A stretch of DNA of 64,000 bases from the NCBI GenBank assembly GCA_018821305.1, contig JAHJMN010000048.1, positions 2,575 to 66,574 on the forward strand, read 5' to 3'. Positions 51,086 through 60,290 of this stretch are shown piece after piece (positions within the stretch are counted from its first letter, which is position 1; each line of letters opens with the position of its first letter). Position numbers and translations under genes: made by a program. The notes under the pieces are model-generated. The model did not search any database, was not told the origin of the DNA, and worked only from the letters and a program-made list of their open reading frames with translations. This stretch comes from Myxococcota bacterium. Its GTDB lineage: Bacteria > Myxococcota_A > Polyangia > HGW-17.

Positions 51086-52017
51086 AAAAGAGGATACTCA
51101 CCCGTCTTGCAACAAGTTTCATTGCTGTGTGCGGCATTATGATCCTTGTATTCCTCATGATTCACGCCATTCCCGGGGATCCTGTAGATAATCTCCTCGG
51201 AGAACAAGCTACAGCGGTTGATCGCGAAAATATGCGTCGTAACATGAACCTTCACCTTCCCATGGGAAAGCAGTTTGTCCTTTTCCTTAAAAATACGTTC
51301 AATGGAACACTTGGAAAAAGCTTTGTTTATCCCGGACGCACGGTAGCATCAATGATTGGGGAAGTTTTTCCTCATACACTCATCCTTGCCTTTTTAAGTC
51401 TACTTCTGGCCATCACTTTTGCTATTCCACTGGGAGTTATCGCTGCGATAAATCGTGGAAAATGGCCTGATACTTTGGCCATGGGCATTGCAATGGCGGG
51501 TATTTCCATGCCAAGTGTCTGGCTTGGCCCCCTGCTTGTTTTAGCATTCTGTATCTACTTCCAACTTTTACCACCTCCGGGAGTAAGTCAGGGATTTGCG
51601 GGAATTATTCTGCCTTCTGTTACTCTTGCATCTGCCTTAATGGCTATGCTGGCCCGCATTACCCGCTCATCCATGCTCGAAGTTCTATCTCAACCGTATA
51701 TTACTGCAGCACTTTCCCGTGGTCTCCCACGACGCCATGTAATTCTCCGCCATGCACTTCCCAATGCCCTGATTCCCGTGTCCACTGTTATTTTCCTTCA
51801 GTTTGGAGCCCTTTTATCCGGGGCTGTTATCGTTGAGAAAATATTTGCCCGGCCGGGAATGGGCTCGTTGCTTCTTTCCGCCATAAGCCAGAGGGATTAC
51901 CCTGTTATTCAGGGCACGGTTCTCATCATGGCCATCTGCGTTGTTTTCGTTAACATCCTCAGTGATTTCGCATATACACTCATTGATCCAAGGCTGCGAA
52001 CCGGAGGGGATAGATGA
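51082..52017 (+). CDS. peptide/nickel ABC transporter permease (OppB/DppB-like)
   Basis: PGDPV; RSSMLEVLSQPYITAALSRG; VEKIFARPGMG; RDYPVIQG; DPR. Confidence 0.93.
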   Translation: MKKRILTRLATSFIAVCGIMILVFLMIHAIPGDPVDNLLGEQATAVDRENMRRNMNLHLPMGKQFVLFLKNTFNGTLGKSFVYPGRTVASMIGEVFPHTLILAFLSLLLAITFAIPLGVIAAINRGKWPDTLAMGIAMAGISMPSVWLGPLLVLAFCIYFQLLPPPGVSQGFAGIILPSVTLASALMAMLARITRSSMLEVLSQPYITAALSRGLPRRHVILRHALPNALIPVSTVIFLQFGALLSGAVIVEKIFARPGMGSLLLSAISQRDYPVIQGTVLIMAICVVFVNILSDFAYTLIDPRLRTGGDR

Positions 52018-52805
52018 AAAAAATTTCGCTCTCGGGGAAAATCGGCATCACCCTCATCTCACTGTATTTATTAATTGCCCTCTTCGGCCCCCTTCTCGCG
52101 CCATCGGATATTGGCCGTGTTAATTTGGATAATGCTCTTTCCACTCCCAATTCATCCAATTTTTTTGGCACTGATGAAAACGGCACGGACCTTTTATCTC
52201 TTATTCTTCACGGTGGTCGCACGGGGTTTATTGTGTCAGCCGTAACTGTCCTTTGCGGTATGTTTATCGGTGGAATTCTGGGTGCGTTCAGCGGTTACAA
52301 GCGTGGAATTTACGATCAGGTCATAATGCGCTCTGTAGATATTGTCTTTTCATTTCCGGGGCTTTTACTCAATCTTTACGTACTTTCTCTTGTAAAACAG
52401 CCTACGCACCTTCACATGATTTTTGCGCTGTGCATCACTTCATGGGCTTCTTTTGCACGTCTCAGCCGAGGAAATGCCCTGTCCATCGCACGTCGTGATT
52501 ACATAATTGCCCTTCAAACCATGGGAGCTTCGACTTACCGCATTGTTTTTCGTCATATTATCCCCAACCTCTTGCCCACCCTCCTGATTCAATTCAGTTT
52601 CAGTTTTGCAACCTATCTCCTTGTTGAAGCGGGGCTTGCTTTTCTCGGCCTTGCTCCCCCTACTCCATCCTGGGGAAATCTCATTGCTCAGGGCACGAGT
52701 TACCTCCTTGTCGCGCCTCATATGGTCCTGATTCCCGGCGCATTTCTTGGTCTTGCAGTTCTTGGGGCAAACCTTCTCGGAGACGGCCTCCGTGACATGC
52801 TCTGA
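52014..52805 (+). CDS. peptide/nickel ABC transporter permease (OppC/DppC-like)
   Basis: GTDENG.D; MGAS..RI..RHIIPN; EAGLAFLG; NLLGDGLRD. Confidence 0.93.
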   Translation: MKKISLSGKIGITLISLYLLIALFGPLLAPSDIGRVNLDNALSTPNSSNFFGTDENGTDLLSLILHGGRTGFIVSAVTVLCGMFIGGILGAFSGYKRGIYDQVIMRSVDIVFSFPGLLLNLYVLSLVKQPTHLHMIFALCITSWASFARLSRGNALSIARRDYIIALQTMGASTYRIVFRHIIPNLLPTLLIQFSFSFATYLLVEAGLAFLGLAPPTPSWGNLIAQGTSYLLVAPHMVLIPGAFLGLAVLGANLLGDGLRDML

Positions 52806-52832
52806 AAGATAGAACGCGCCCTCAGATTTGGT

Positions 52833-52860
52833 TTGACTTGAAAACAATTCCCGGTATTAT
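52833..52860 (+). promoter_or_regulatory. candidate sigma70 promoter for tRNA-Arg
   Basis: TTGACT-N16-TATTAT about 120 nt upstream of the tRNA. Confidence 0.45.
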
Positions 52861-52978
52861 GTGTCCTTGCTGACCGTTTTCGGTTTAAAAGGATCCAAAA
52901 CTCCTTTCCTGTTTGTGTTGAATTTCAAGCTATTTTCGACTTTTGAGACAAACATATTAAACCGTAAGCAGTCAATCA

Positions 52979-53052
52979 GGGCGAGTGGCTCAGTTGGATA
53001 GAGCGACGGCCTCCGGAGCCGTAGGTCGCAGGTTCGAATCCTGTCTCGCCCA
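52979..53052 (+). tRNA. tRNA-Arg(CCG), CCA not encoded
   Basis: Acceptor GGGCGAG/CTCGCCC+A; D arm GCTCAGTTGGATAGAGC; anticodon arm ACGGC-CTCCGGA-GCCGT; T arm GCAGGTTCGAATCCTGT. Confidence 0.96.
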
Positions 53053-53094
53053 CAAATCATTTCAATAACTTACAAAATCCTCAGGAGGCATGAT

Positions 53095-53514
53095 TTGAAT
53101 ACTATCGTGTTTTGTGGATCTCGGGCGACACTTAAAAAAGCCATTAGACTTCTTGAGCAACATGGAATAAAATTTCGCATATCGCACCCTATCCGCGATG
53201 AAGGCTACCTGCGTGTTTCCTTGAATATCGCCGACGAGGCCAGACGCGTGCTTTCCACCCTCTCCGGTGGCCGGGTAATCTCATCTGCTGAAGCGGAATG
53301 GTTCATTTGCCACGCATGTGGAGCAACTCTTTCAGGAGGTGAAATGTATTGCCCATCCTGCAGAACCTGCATAGGAGACTCACACCGCAAATCCGCAAAT
53401 CCAGCCATGAGCTCGCAGACCAACTCAATCGCTCCGCAATCTCAATCACTTGCAAAAATAAGTGAAGTTGAAAAAAATAATAATAAAATAATATTTCATT
53501 ATTTACCCCTTTAA
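53095..53514 (+). CDS. small hypothetical protein with zinc ribbon
   Basis: TTG after GGAGG; CHACG...CPSC. Confidence 0.6.
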   Translation: MNTIVFCGSRATLKKAIRLLEQHGIKFRISHPIRDEGYLRVSLNIADEARRVLSTLSGGRVISSAEAEWFICHACGATLSGGEMYCPSCRTCIGDSHRKSANPAMSSQTNSIAPQSQSLAKISEVEKNNNKIIFHYLPL

Positions 53515-54006
53515 AATTTCAATTTGCTTCTTTTTTATATAAAACCGCTGATAGAGAGTTTGTATTTCTATAATAATATCAATGTGAGAAAAAATTGGCC
53601 AGAGAGGTCCTGTTCTTGCATCGACTTTTTTTCTAAGCTCCGGTGGATTAATAACTTTTGTTTTAAGTGATTCAGGTTGCCATACTGTATTCCCATAGCG
53701 CACCCAAATATTTGTAATGTTGTATTTAGATAAGTTTATAATATTGTTTTTGAATATCATATCTATAGAAACTACCAGCGGCTGACCTAGGGGACACTCC
53801 CCGAAGCATGTGTTACGAAAAGAACTGACTTCAAGATAAATGATTTTGGCAACATTTTCAGGCAATTTATCACTGGCTTTTTGCCACAGAATTTTAAAAT
53901 TGTCAGTACTGACAAGAGTGCCATTTAGTGGGAATTTTTTATGGTTACAGGAAATTACAATGAAAAAGAAAAGAAAAGAAACAACATATTTGATTTTTGT
54001 TTTCAT
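53503..54006 (-). CDS. hypothetical basic lipoprotein
   Basis: ATG 54006 after GAGG; VISC lipobox. The ORF-track extension to 54144 reads through a repeat. Confidence 0.65.
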   Translation of the reverse strand: MKTKIKYVVSFLFFFIVISCNHKKFPLNGTLVSTDNFKILWQKASDKLPENVAKIIYLEVSSFRNTCFGECPLGQPLVVSIDMIFKNNIINLSKYNITNIWVRYGNTVWQPESLKTKVINPPELRKKVDARTGPLWPIFSHIDIIIEIQTLYQRFYIKKKQIEILKG

Positions 54007-54081
54007 TGTGTTCCTCATTGCCTTAAATAAAAGGCTTAATCTAAACTTAAAATCAAACGAAGTCAACATTATGTAAGTAAG

Positions 54082-54142
54082 TAGTTCGTGTCCTGGATTT
54101 CGCTTCACGAAGAAATTTATTAAAATTTCTAACAGGCCACTC
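54082..54142. repeat. B-module palindromic repeat
   Basis: TAGTTCGTGTCCTGG...AGAAATTT-ATTA-AAATTTCT-AACAGGCCACT. Confidence 0.85.
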
Positions 54143-54255
54143 ATAACTGACCGGGGTCAGGTTTTTATATCAATTTCTATTGTATTGCAACGCTTTAAAT
54201 AAATATATATAAATATAACAGTGCAATGTTTGACATTTTATTGGCCTTAATGCAA

Positions 54256-54990
54256 TTACAGACTGAAGTCCTTTATGTGGGCTCTTATGTATTTTATTCT
54301 TAATTGCCCCAGGTTGTCTTTGATTTTGAAGAAGGGAGAGTTCAGTGTTTTAAGCTTGCTTTGCTTGTAGTATTCACTGAATGGATGCTGCATTATTTCT
54401 TTGGCTTTTGAAGGATCTTCCTTTGCTATAAGATATAAATAATATTGTTCTCGGTACTTCTTCTTTAAGTCTTTTTCCTGATCATGAATCACAATCGCTT
54501 CTTTCAGGAATTTCAGTTGTTCAGTAGCGCCGATGGCCTGCAATCCGGCTTCAGCTTCTTTTGTGAAAAGGTGGGAAGAATTCCAGAAAAATTGATTCCA
54601 GCCTCCATTCTTTACTTCATTTTCGAGAATTCGTGTTGAGTAAATAACTCTGAAACTTTTAGATAGACGACTGACGACTTCAAACTCATCCGAGTAATCT
54701 TCATCGAACAGCGATTGAATGGCATCAATAATCGCATCTTCAATGTCGTCGTCTTTCATTTTTGTAAGAGCCTTCGGGTCAAGTTTTTTTGATTGAACAA
54801 CGGATTTTGCATTTTCAGGCTTTGTCACCGGTGGAACAGTAGGTGTATGTGGTTTAACGTTTGGGACTTCGATGTTTGTGGAAATGTCCGCTTCTTTTGG
54901 TTTTACATCCTCTGTTTTGCTTCTTTTCCCGGTGCAAGTAAAGCCCGTAAACAATAAAAATACTGGTAATAATATATTTAAATATTTCAT
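54256..54990 (-). CDS. DMP19/DUF4375-domain protein with putative lipoprotein signal
   Basis: ENEVKNGGWNQFFWNS...GLQAIGA...YIRAH; N-terminal FTGFTC and Pro/Lys linker; ATG 54990 after GGAGG. Confidence 0.8.
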   Translation of the reverse strand: MKYLNILLPVFLLFTGFTCTGKRSKTEDVKPKEADISTNIEVPNVKPHTPTVPPVTKPENAKSVVQSKKLDPKALTKMKDDDIEDAIIDAIQSLFDEDYSDEFEVVSRLSKSFRVIYSTRILENEVKNGGWNQFFWNSSHLFTKEAEAGLQAIGATEQLKFLKEAIVIHDQEKDLKKKYREQYYLYLIAKEDPSKAKEIMQHPFSEYYKQSKLKTLNSPFFKIKDNLGQLRIKYIRAHIKDFSL

Positions 54991-55091
54991 TATTAAAGCC
55001 TCCAAATAGTTTTTTAGTCCCTTTCCTGAAATACCCTGAATCTAACTTTTTCCCAGAAGCATTATCTGACCTCTGTGATTTTGACTTACTA

Positions 55092-55242
55092 TAATGTCCT
55101 GTAATACCAAATTTTCAAGTTTACACCAAATTTGTATACAGGACATTAAGAATGAAGACTTTGAAATTATTATAGTGTTCTGAATAGCATATTTTCGTAA
55201 ACATGCTCAATTTTAATAAAAATTGAATTTCAGGACACGTAC
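55092..55242. repeat. composite palindromic element (A-like, linker, B')
   Basis: TAATGTCCTGTA...TACAGGACATTA (55092-55148); B' 55173-55242 nearly identical to 41597-41666. Confidence 0.88.
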
Positions 55243-55413
55243 GACTTAGTTCAACATACCTGCGAGCTCTCTGTGGAATTATCATTCGAGCCCTTCATCC
55301 TGCACCCATTACTTTATAATTATGATTCCATTGCCGCAAGGGGTAAAGTGGCGATGCCGCTGTAAAAGTGAGTGAAGAACAAAACCTCAAATGGAGCAAC
55401 TTGGCTGCTGTAT

Positions 55414-55746
55414 TTACCAGTCTCTCGTTGCAATTAATTCTTCTAAATCGGCGTTCTCGAATCCGTATGTCTTAGCAACGACACCAAATGCAAGGGCAAT
55501 TTCATCCCTTGCAACGGTTTCGATTTCGCTATCATTATCTTCGAATTCTTCCTGAAGATCGTTTATCAGTTCGGTTGCATCACAGGTAATGGAATACAAC
55601 TCATCCAAATCTTTCGGGTTTTGTTTTTCTATTTTAGAGCATGCGCCTAAAATGATGTCCCTCAACTTATCCACCAGATGATTGGGAAAATAATCATCTC
55701 TATACATTCCCGGAAGCAATATTTCTTTATCAATTTTTAATGACAT
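55414..55746 (-). CDS. DUF5713 family protein
   Basis: MYRDDYFPNHLVDK...ETVARDEI...IATRDW. Confidence 0.8.
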   Translation of the reverse strand: MSLKIDKEILLPGMYRDDYFPNHLVDKLRDIILGACSKIEKQNPKDLDELYSITCDATELINDLQEEFEDNDSEIETVARDEIALAFGVVAKTYGFENADLEELIATRDW

Positions 55747-55831
55747 AATGATTCCTCTCCATACGGTATTTCAGGACATTAACTGAATAGTTCCACCATG
55801 CTCTGGTTTCCTGTGTTTAGTTGCTTTTGTT

Positions 55832-56791
55832 TTACTCGCCAGCGGGGCGGATGTTGCCTCTGTAGGCTTTGCGGTGCCACATAAATGCATCACTTGTTTT
55901 TCCATCGCTTGTGAGCATGTGCCTTGAAAGTTGACCGGTCATTTTGAAACTGGCGTCGGTAAAAATCTGTCCGATGCCTGAGTCTTCAACCAGTGAGAAT
56001 CCAAATATACTTGATACATCAAATGTTTCTACCAGTTCTTCAAGAAGCAGAATGAGCATCCAGCTTAAACATCTGCGCTCTTTTGCATTTTTTGGAGCTG
56101 AAAGTACATCAACTTTGGCATGACCGAAAGCTTCGTTAACTTCACCACCGACCCATAGATTTCTTTTGCCGATTTTAGCTTCTATAATGAGTTGAGGCGT
56201 CGTCACACCGATTCCGAAGGGATTGTAGCAGTAGTGAGCGTCTTTTGAATTTACAATTTCCTTGAGATGTTCAGGATCATCAATAATTTCAGTCTTGAGG
56301 CCATTGGGTTTCTTCAGCGGAGGAGCAGCCTTTTCAAATTCTGCGCCTTTGTCGTGCACCAGTTTGGCAAGACCACCGGTAACAGGCTTTCCATCCTGAT
56401 CATAAACGCGACTCATGATGTATGCATCGGCATTTCTGAAATAGCCTGGAATAACAGCTTCTTTTGAAAATCCTACAGTACGCCAGGAATTGGAATCCTG
56501 CTTTTCTACAAGGGTGAATACTTTTTTAAGGCTGCGGTTTGCAGCCATCTGGTCAAAAATTGAGCATTTCAGTTTGTACTGCCCGAGTCTATAATCAACG
56601 ATTCTCATGTGAGCGTGATTTTCCGTAATAAGCAGACTCAGATTGAGTTTTTTGTCCGTTTTTTTACAAATGAACTCTTCCGTGCATTTGGGAAATCCCG
56701 TGCGGTCAAACCTATTGGCCGGCCGGATATACTGCATAGCCTGCATCGCCGCCGCCTGATCAATTGGTTGATTGTCTCTTTCAGTATCCAT
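55832..56791 (-). CDS. AblB-like two-domain GNAT-fold protein
   Basis: RIVDY...KVF...GFSKEAVIPGYFRNADAYIMS resembles the beta-lysine N6-acetyltransferase N-domain; C-domain F..TGQL..H...DAFMW. Confidence 0.6.
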   Translation of the reverse strand: MDTERDNQPIDQAAAMQAMQYIRPANRFDRTGFPKCTEEFICKKTDKKLNLSLLITENHAHMRIVDYRLGQYKLKCSIFDQMAANRSLKKVFTLVEKQDSNSWRTVGFSKEAVIPGYFRNADAYIMSRVYDQDGKPVTGGLAKLVHDKGAEFEKAAPPLKKPNGLKTEIIDDPEHLKEIVNSKDAHYCYNPFGIGVTTPQLIIEAKIGKRNLWVGGEVNEAFGHAKVDVLSAPKNAKERRCLSWMLILLLEELVETFDVSSIFGFSLVEDSGIGQIFTDASFKMTGQLSRHMLTSDGKTSDAFMWHRKAYRGNIRPAGE

Positions 56792-56992
56792 ATTAACCTC
56801 GTGATGAAAAAAGATTTCGATGGGAAATCACAGCAACAACGCCGTAATTTTACCATGAACGGAGCATTGGCCCTTTGGAAGGATCTTTTTCAAACCCAAA
56901 GTCACGGGATTGAAAACCGAAAACCACCGTCCATAAAGTCAGGAATCATCTTTAACCTGATTACTCAGATTCTGTGATTCACCGAAGGATTT

Positions 56993-57020
56993 GTTATAGG
57001 CACATCCTCATGACTGTCAA
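56993..57020 (-). promoter_or_regulatory. candidate sigma70 promoter giving a ~195-nt leader
   Basis: Minus strand TTGACA-N16-TATAAC. Confidence 0.55.
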
Positions 57021-57098
57021 GAATGAAAATTATCAGATGACTGTAATTTTCCCATGCTATTCGAAAAGATGAACTATAAGAGTGCGGGAATTTATGTT

Positions 57099-58805
57099 TT
57101 AAAGTATCAAGCCGAGGCAATCGGGATCGTCTGTATCAACAAGGCCGTCATAATCATTATCTATATCGTCCAGGCAAAGTCCTGCTTCTGAAATGGGTAT
57201 CGTCGCACAATCCGCTGTAGTCAGGATTCCTGGAGCGGGCTTGGCTCTTCTGCTTACAACAATCCGAATGCCCCGGGATGGTCCGAAATTCTCTCCTTTT
57301 GCACACTCGGCGTCGTAAACTGCATGAAAACATGCCTGAACTGGTAGCGCAGGGTCTATAATTTCCGGATGCCCGCTGGCATAATCCGTTGAACATTTCT
57401 CTATGTTAATTGAAGTTCCATCAGGAGAAATATCTGTGACTTTACAATACGGATCGCAAACAGCGGAGAAATCATTGCCCAGAGAAGTAATTTTTGTTCC
57501 TTCCAAGGAAAAACCCGGATCCGGACATCCAGCTATGGGCGACACAGGGCAATACCCGTTGATTGTCGATTGGATTTTCCCAACAAACTCGTCTATTTTC
57601 GCCTCAAATGACGGATCGCAAATCGAAGTTACTGCGTTCTCAATATCCCTGTCATATTGGATAAGTTGATTTATAAATTCACGAATTCTTATTCCGTTTC
57701 GGGCCCCATTACTAATGTCTCCTCCGCAAATCGGAAAAAAATTTGGCCAACTATTTTCATCTTTAGTAACTTTAACAATCCCTTCATTGTAAGGACCGGC
57801 AATGGCACGAGCAATAAGTAGCTCCCTCGGTTTTATTCCAGCGAAGAACTCAGATATCTCGCTCACGGGCATAAGAAGATTGTTTTCATCATCTTCGGTC
57901 CTTGGGCGGCACCCGGTATACGTTACCTCTCCCTGATTTGGTTCAAAAGTTCGTTTCCACGGTTGATCACATATTAACCCGTGTTCTGTGCACCGGAATT
58001 TACTCGCGGGCCCAAGTTCACCATCGAGGGATATATCTTCAAAATCAAAAAACCTTCTGTCTGAAACAGTGCAGTCATCCTCATCGGCGGTTAGAAGGTA
58101 AGCAAGTACTGCACCCTCCCTTATAAATCCGGGATTTTTGCCGGGAACAAATGCCCGCCGTAAACTTTCAAAGTGCATTTCAAAGCTACAACCAGATGTG
58201 CCAACATCCACCATACATTTAAGAACATCATCAAGTTTTTCCACTCCATAGTTGCGACATCTTGGGCACCCCTTATCATCCATGACAAGCTCAAGATCAT
58301 CAGGTTCCAGAGCCCTGCCCTGACTTATAAAGGCGCTGCCAAGGCAATTTTCCGCCGAGCAGTCATGACTGCTGCAGGTATCAAACTCTGTTCTGTTGAC
58401 TTGACACCCAGCGGGGTTCACATCAACTACAAAAGCGCTTCCTTCAGGATTACTGCAACCGCCTTTCACCAACAGTCCATCATTTCCTTCCGAAACGCAG
58501 TCCGGGTATTGAGTAATCCCCGGGCCAACATCCGATGTAATTACTCCAATGTGCATGTTCGGCATGCCTCCCGGAGTATTTTGCAATAACCTTACAAATT
58601 TAAACATGCTTGACTTGAGTATTTCCTGATCACCTCTCATGCAGTTTGATGAGTCAACCTGAAACAAAACATCAACATCCTTTGTAGTTACATTTGATAC
58701 AGGAATTGTAATTCTGACTTCGGGCACACGAAACTTATCTTTTGGTGAGTCAGTGAAACCACAGGCGCCCATCAGACAAGTCACAATAATGATATTTTTT
58801 TTCAT
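57099..58805 (-). CDS. Cys-rich vWA-like lipoprotein (myxobacterial type)
   Basis: MGAC lipobox; DVLFQVDSSNCM, HIGVITSD, GCSFE, ADEDDC; C-terminal CLDDIDNDYDGLVDTDDPDC. Confidence 0.75.
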   Translation of the reverse strand: MKKNIIIVTCLMGACGFTDSPKDKFRVPEVRITIPVSNVTTKDVDVLFQVDSSNCMRGDQEILKSSMFKFVRLLQNTPGGMPNMHIGVITSDVGPGITQYPDCVSEGNDGLLVKGGCSNPEGSAFVVDVNPAGCQVNRTEFDTCSSHDCSAENCLGSAFISQGRALEPDDLELVMDDKGCPRCRNYGVEKLDDVLKCMVDVGTSGCSFEMHFESLRRAFVPGKNPGFIREGAVLAYLLTADEDDCTVSDRRFFDFEDISLDGELGPASKFRCTEHGLICDQPWKRTFEPNQGEVTYTGCRPRTEDDENNLLMPVSEISEFFAGIKPRELLIARAIAGPYNEGIVKVTKDENSWPNFFPICGGDISNGARNGIRIREFINQLIQYDRDIENAVTSICDPSFEAKIDEFVGKIQSTINGYCPVSPIAGCPDPGFSLEGTKITSLGNDFSAVCDPYCKVTDISPDGTSINIEKCSTDYASGHPEIIDPALPVQACFHAVYDAECAKGENFGPSRGIRIVVSRRAKPAPGILTTADCATIPISEAGLCLDDIDNDYDGLVDTDDPDCLGLIL

Positions 58806-58901
58806 TTTTCCCTCCAGACCCTTTATGTGTACAGGGCCCCATAAATCGGGTGGAGAAAAAAACGAGCCAGTGGTATTTCAGGTGGTGTAAATGATACTGA
58901 A

Positions 58902-60083
58902 TCAGTTATTTGCGGGGCACTGATTTGCGGTGCCGGGTGTTGGGATGTCACCTGTTTCGTCGATTGTGCAGGTTCCTCCGGTTGTATCGCCATCGGTTGA
59001 GAGACATTCACTTGTAGTTAAGCTGTTAATAACCGTTACCCCATCGGCATCGAGGAATTCAATGAGGTGATCATTACCTGCGTCAAATATTGCCGCATTA
59101 TTGTCCACAAGGAAATAACCTCCTGCGGGAACTGTGGCGTTTTCAAATCCTGCCACAGATGCAAACTGAACGGTTAACTCTACCGTTCCTGTGTCGGAGA
59201 TGCGAATCCAGCAACCTGCAAGAGAAGCGTCAGACGTGCCAGAATTATAAATCTCCAGCCAGTCACCAGTTGTAACCCCCGCAACACCACAGTCAGAATC
59301 TTTGTGACAAACCTCGTTCAAACGAAGTACTGAAGAATCGCAAACAGCAGATGTAGTACATTCGGTAGTGTTAATTGTGCAGTCGGAATTACAGGAAAGC
59401 TCGCCACCGGTAAAGGATGCATTAATATCACTGCATTCAACGGTCAGAGGAAGGTCCGGGTCGCACTCTTCATCATTATCTAAAACTCCGTCCCCACAAG
59501 AATCTGCAGCGTTCTCGGCACCAAACGTCTGATTGCAAAATCCAAATGTTTCAGATCCATTGGGAAGACGACACCAGGATTTTTCTGCCTCATCCAAGCC
59601 GAAAGTAATCTGATCCATAACAGCAAGATCATCAGCTAACAGTGTAAGAGTTTCCCCATCGGAACTGATTCCGAAAGGATGCTGCATCGCATCGGTTCCT
59701 TTTATTATTACCAGATATTCTCCCGGGGCCAGAGTTGTCCCTTCGGGGAATACAAGTTTTTCCTCATCAAGTGCAGGATCGTAAACTCCGACGGTGGAAG
59801 CGTCGTCTGTAATAATCCAGCCGGAAAGATCTGCCGGGTCGGTACCGGCGTTGTAAAGTTCAATATTGTCGTCTCCGGAGGAGGTGAATTCGTTAATAAG
59901 AACAAGGAAATTGGTATTGTTCGTGTTATTCGTATTATTAGTATTATTCGTATTATTCGTGTTGTTTGTGTTGGTGTTGTTTGTGTTATTAGTATTATTT
60001 GAGTTGTTGGAATCATCGTCGTCGTCGCAGGCGGCAAAGACCGAAAGAACAAAAATAATGGAAAAGATAAGCAGTTTTTTCAT
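58902..60083 (-). CDS. double lamin-tail-domain lipoprotein with NNT repeats
   Basis: AACDDDDD; (NNT)n; INEF...IELYN...DLSGWII and LNEV...DWLEIYN domains separated by a CGDG repeat; ATG 60083 after AGGAG. Confidence 0.85.
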   Translation of the reverse strand: MKKLLIFSIIFVLSVFAACDDDDDSNNSNNTNNTNNTNTNNTNNTNNTNNTNNTNNTNFLVLINEFTSSGDDNIELYNAGTDPADLSGWIITDDASTVGVYDPALDEEKLVFPEGTTLAPGEYLVIIKGTDAMQHPFGISSDGETLTLLADDLAVMDQITFGLDEAEKSWCRLPNGSETFGFCNQTFGAENAADSCGDGVLDNDEECDPDLPLTVECSDINASFTGGELSCNSDCTINTTECTTSAVCDSSVLRLNEVCHKDSDCGVAGVTTGDWLEIYNSGTSDASLAGCWIRISDTGTVELTVQFASVAGFENATVPAGGYFLVDNNAAIFDAGNDHLIEFLDADGVTVINSLTTSECLSTDGDTTGGTCTIDETGDIPTPGTANQCPANN

Positions 60084-60290
60084 GGTAATCTCCTTTTGAT
60101 AACCGATGGTGTAAATTCTCAGGATATTATGCATCCGGATATTTGATTTTCAAGTTCCCTGAAACGTTTACAGCAGGTCAAAAAAAAATAAATTAAAAAC
60201 GCTTCAGTTCCGGTTACATTATGGAAATATACCAAATTCCAATTTTCCGGATAGTGACTCTTTCAATTCTGTGGTAGAAATCCTATTCTG

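Noticed and set aside
49301-52805. ABC importer without adjacent ATPase genes
   Set aside because: Split opp/dpp loci are common; the ATPases may lie outside the window.
52857-53060. 67-aa minus-strand ORF
   Set aside because: Antisense reading of the tRNA-Arg gene.
13863-55242. Palindromic repeats as integron attC sites
   Set aside because: End polarity is GTT...AAC rather than RYYYAAC...GTTRRRY; copies flank housekeeping genes in both orientations; no intI seen.
59913-60010. AAT/AAC tandem repeat (also 26040-26095 and 38925-39030)
   Set aside because: Encodes Asn-rich linkers with mixed synonymous codons; not a DNA-level array.
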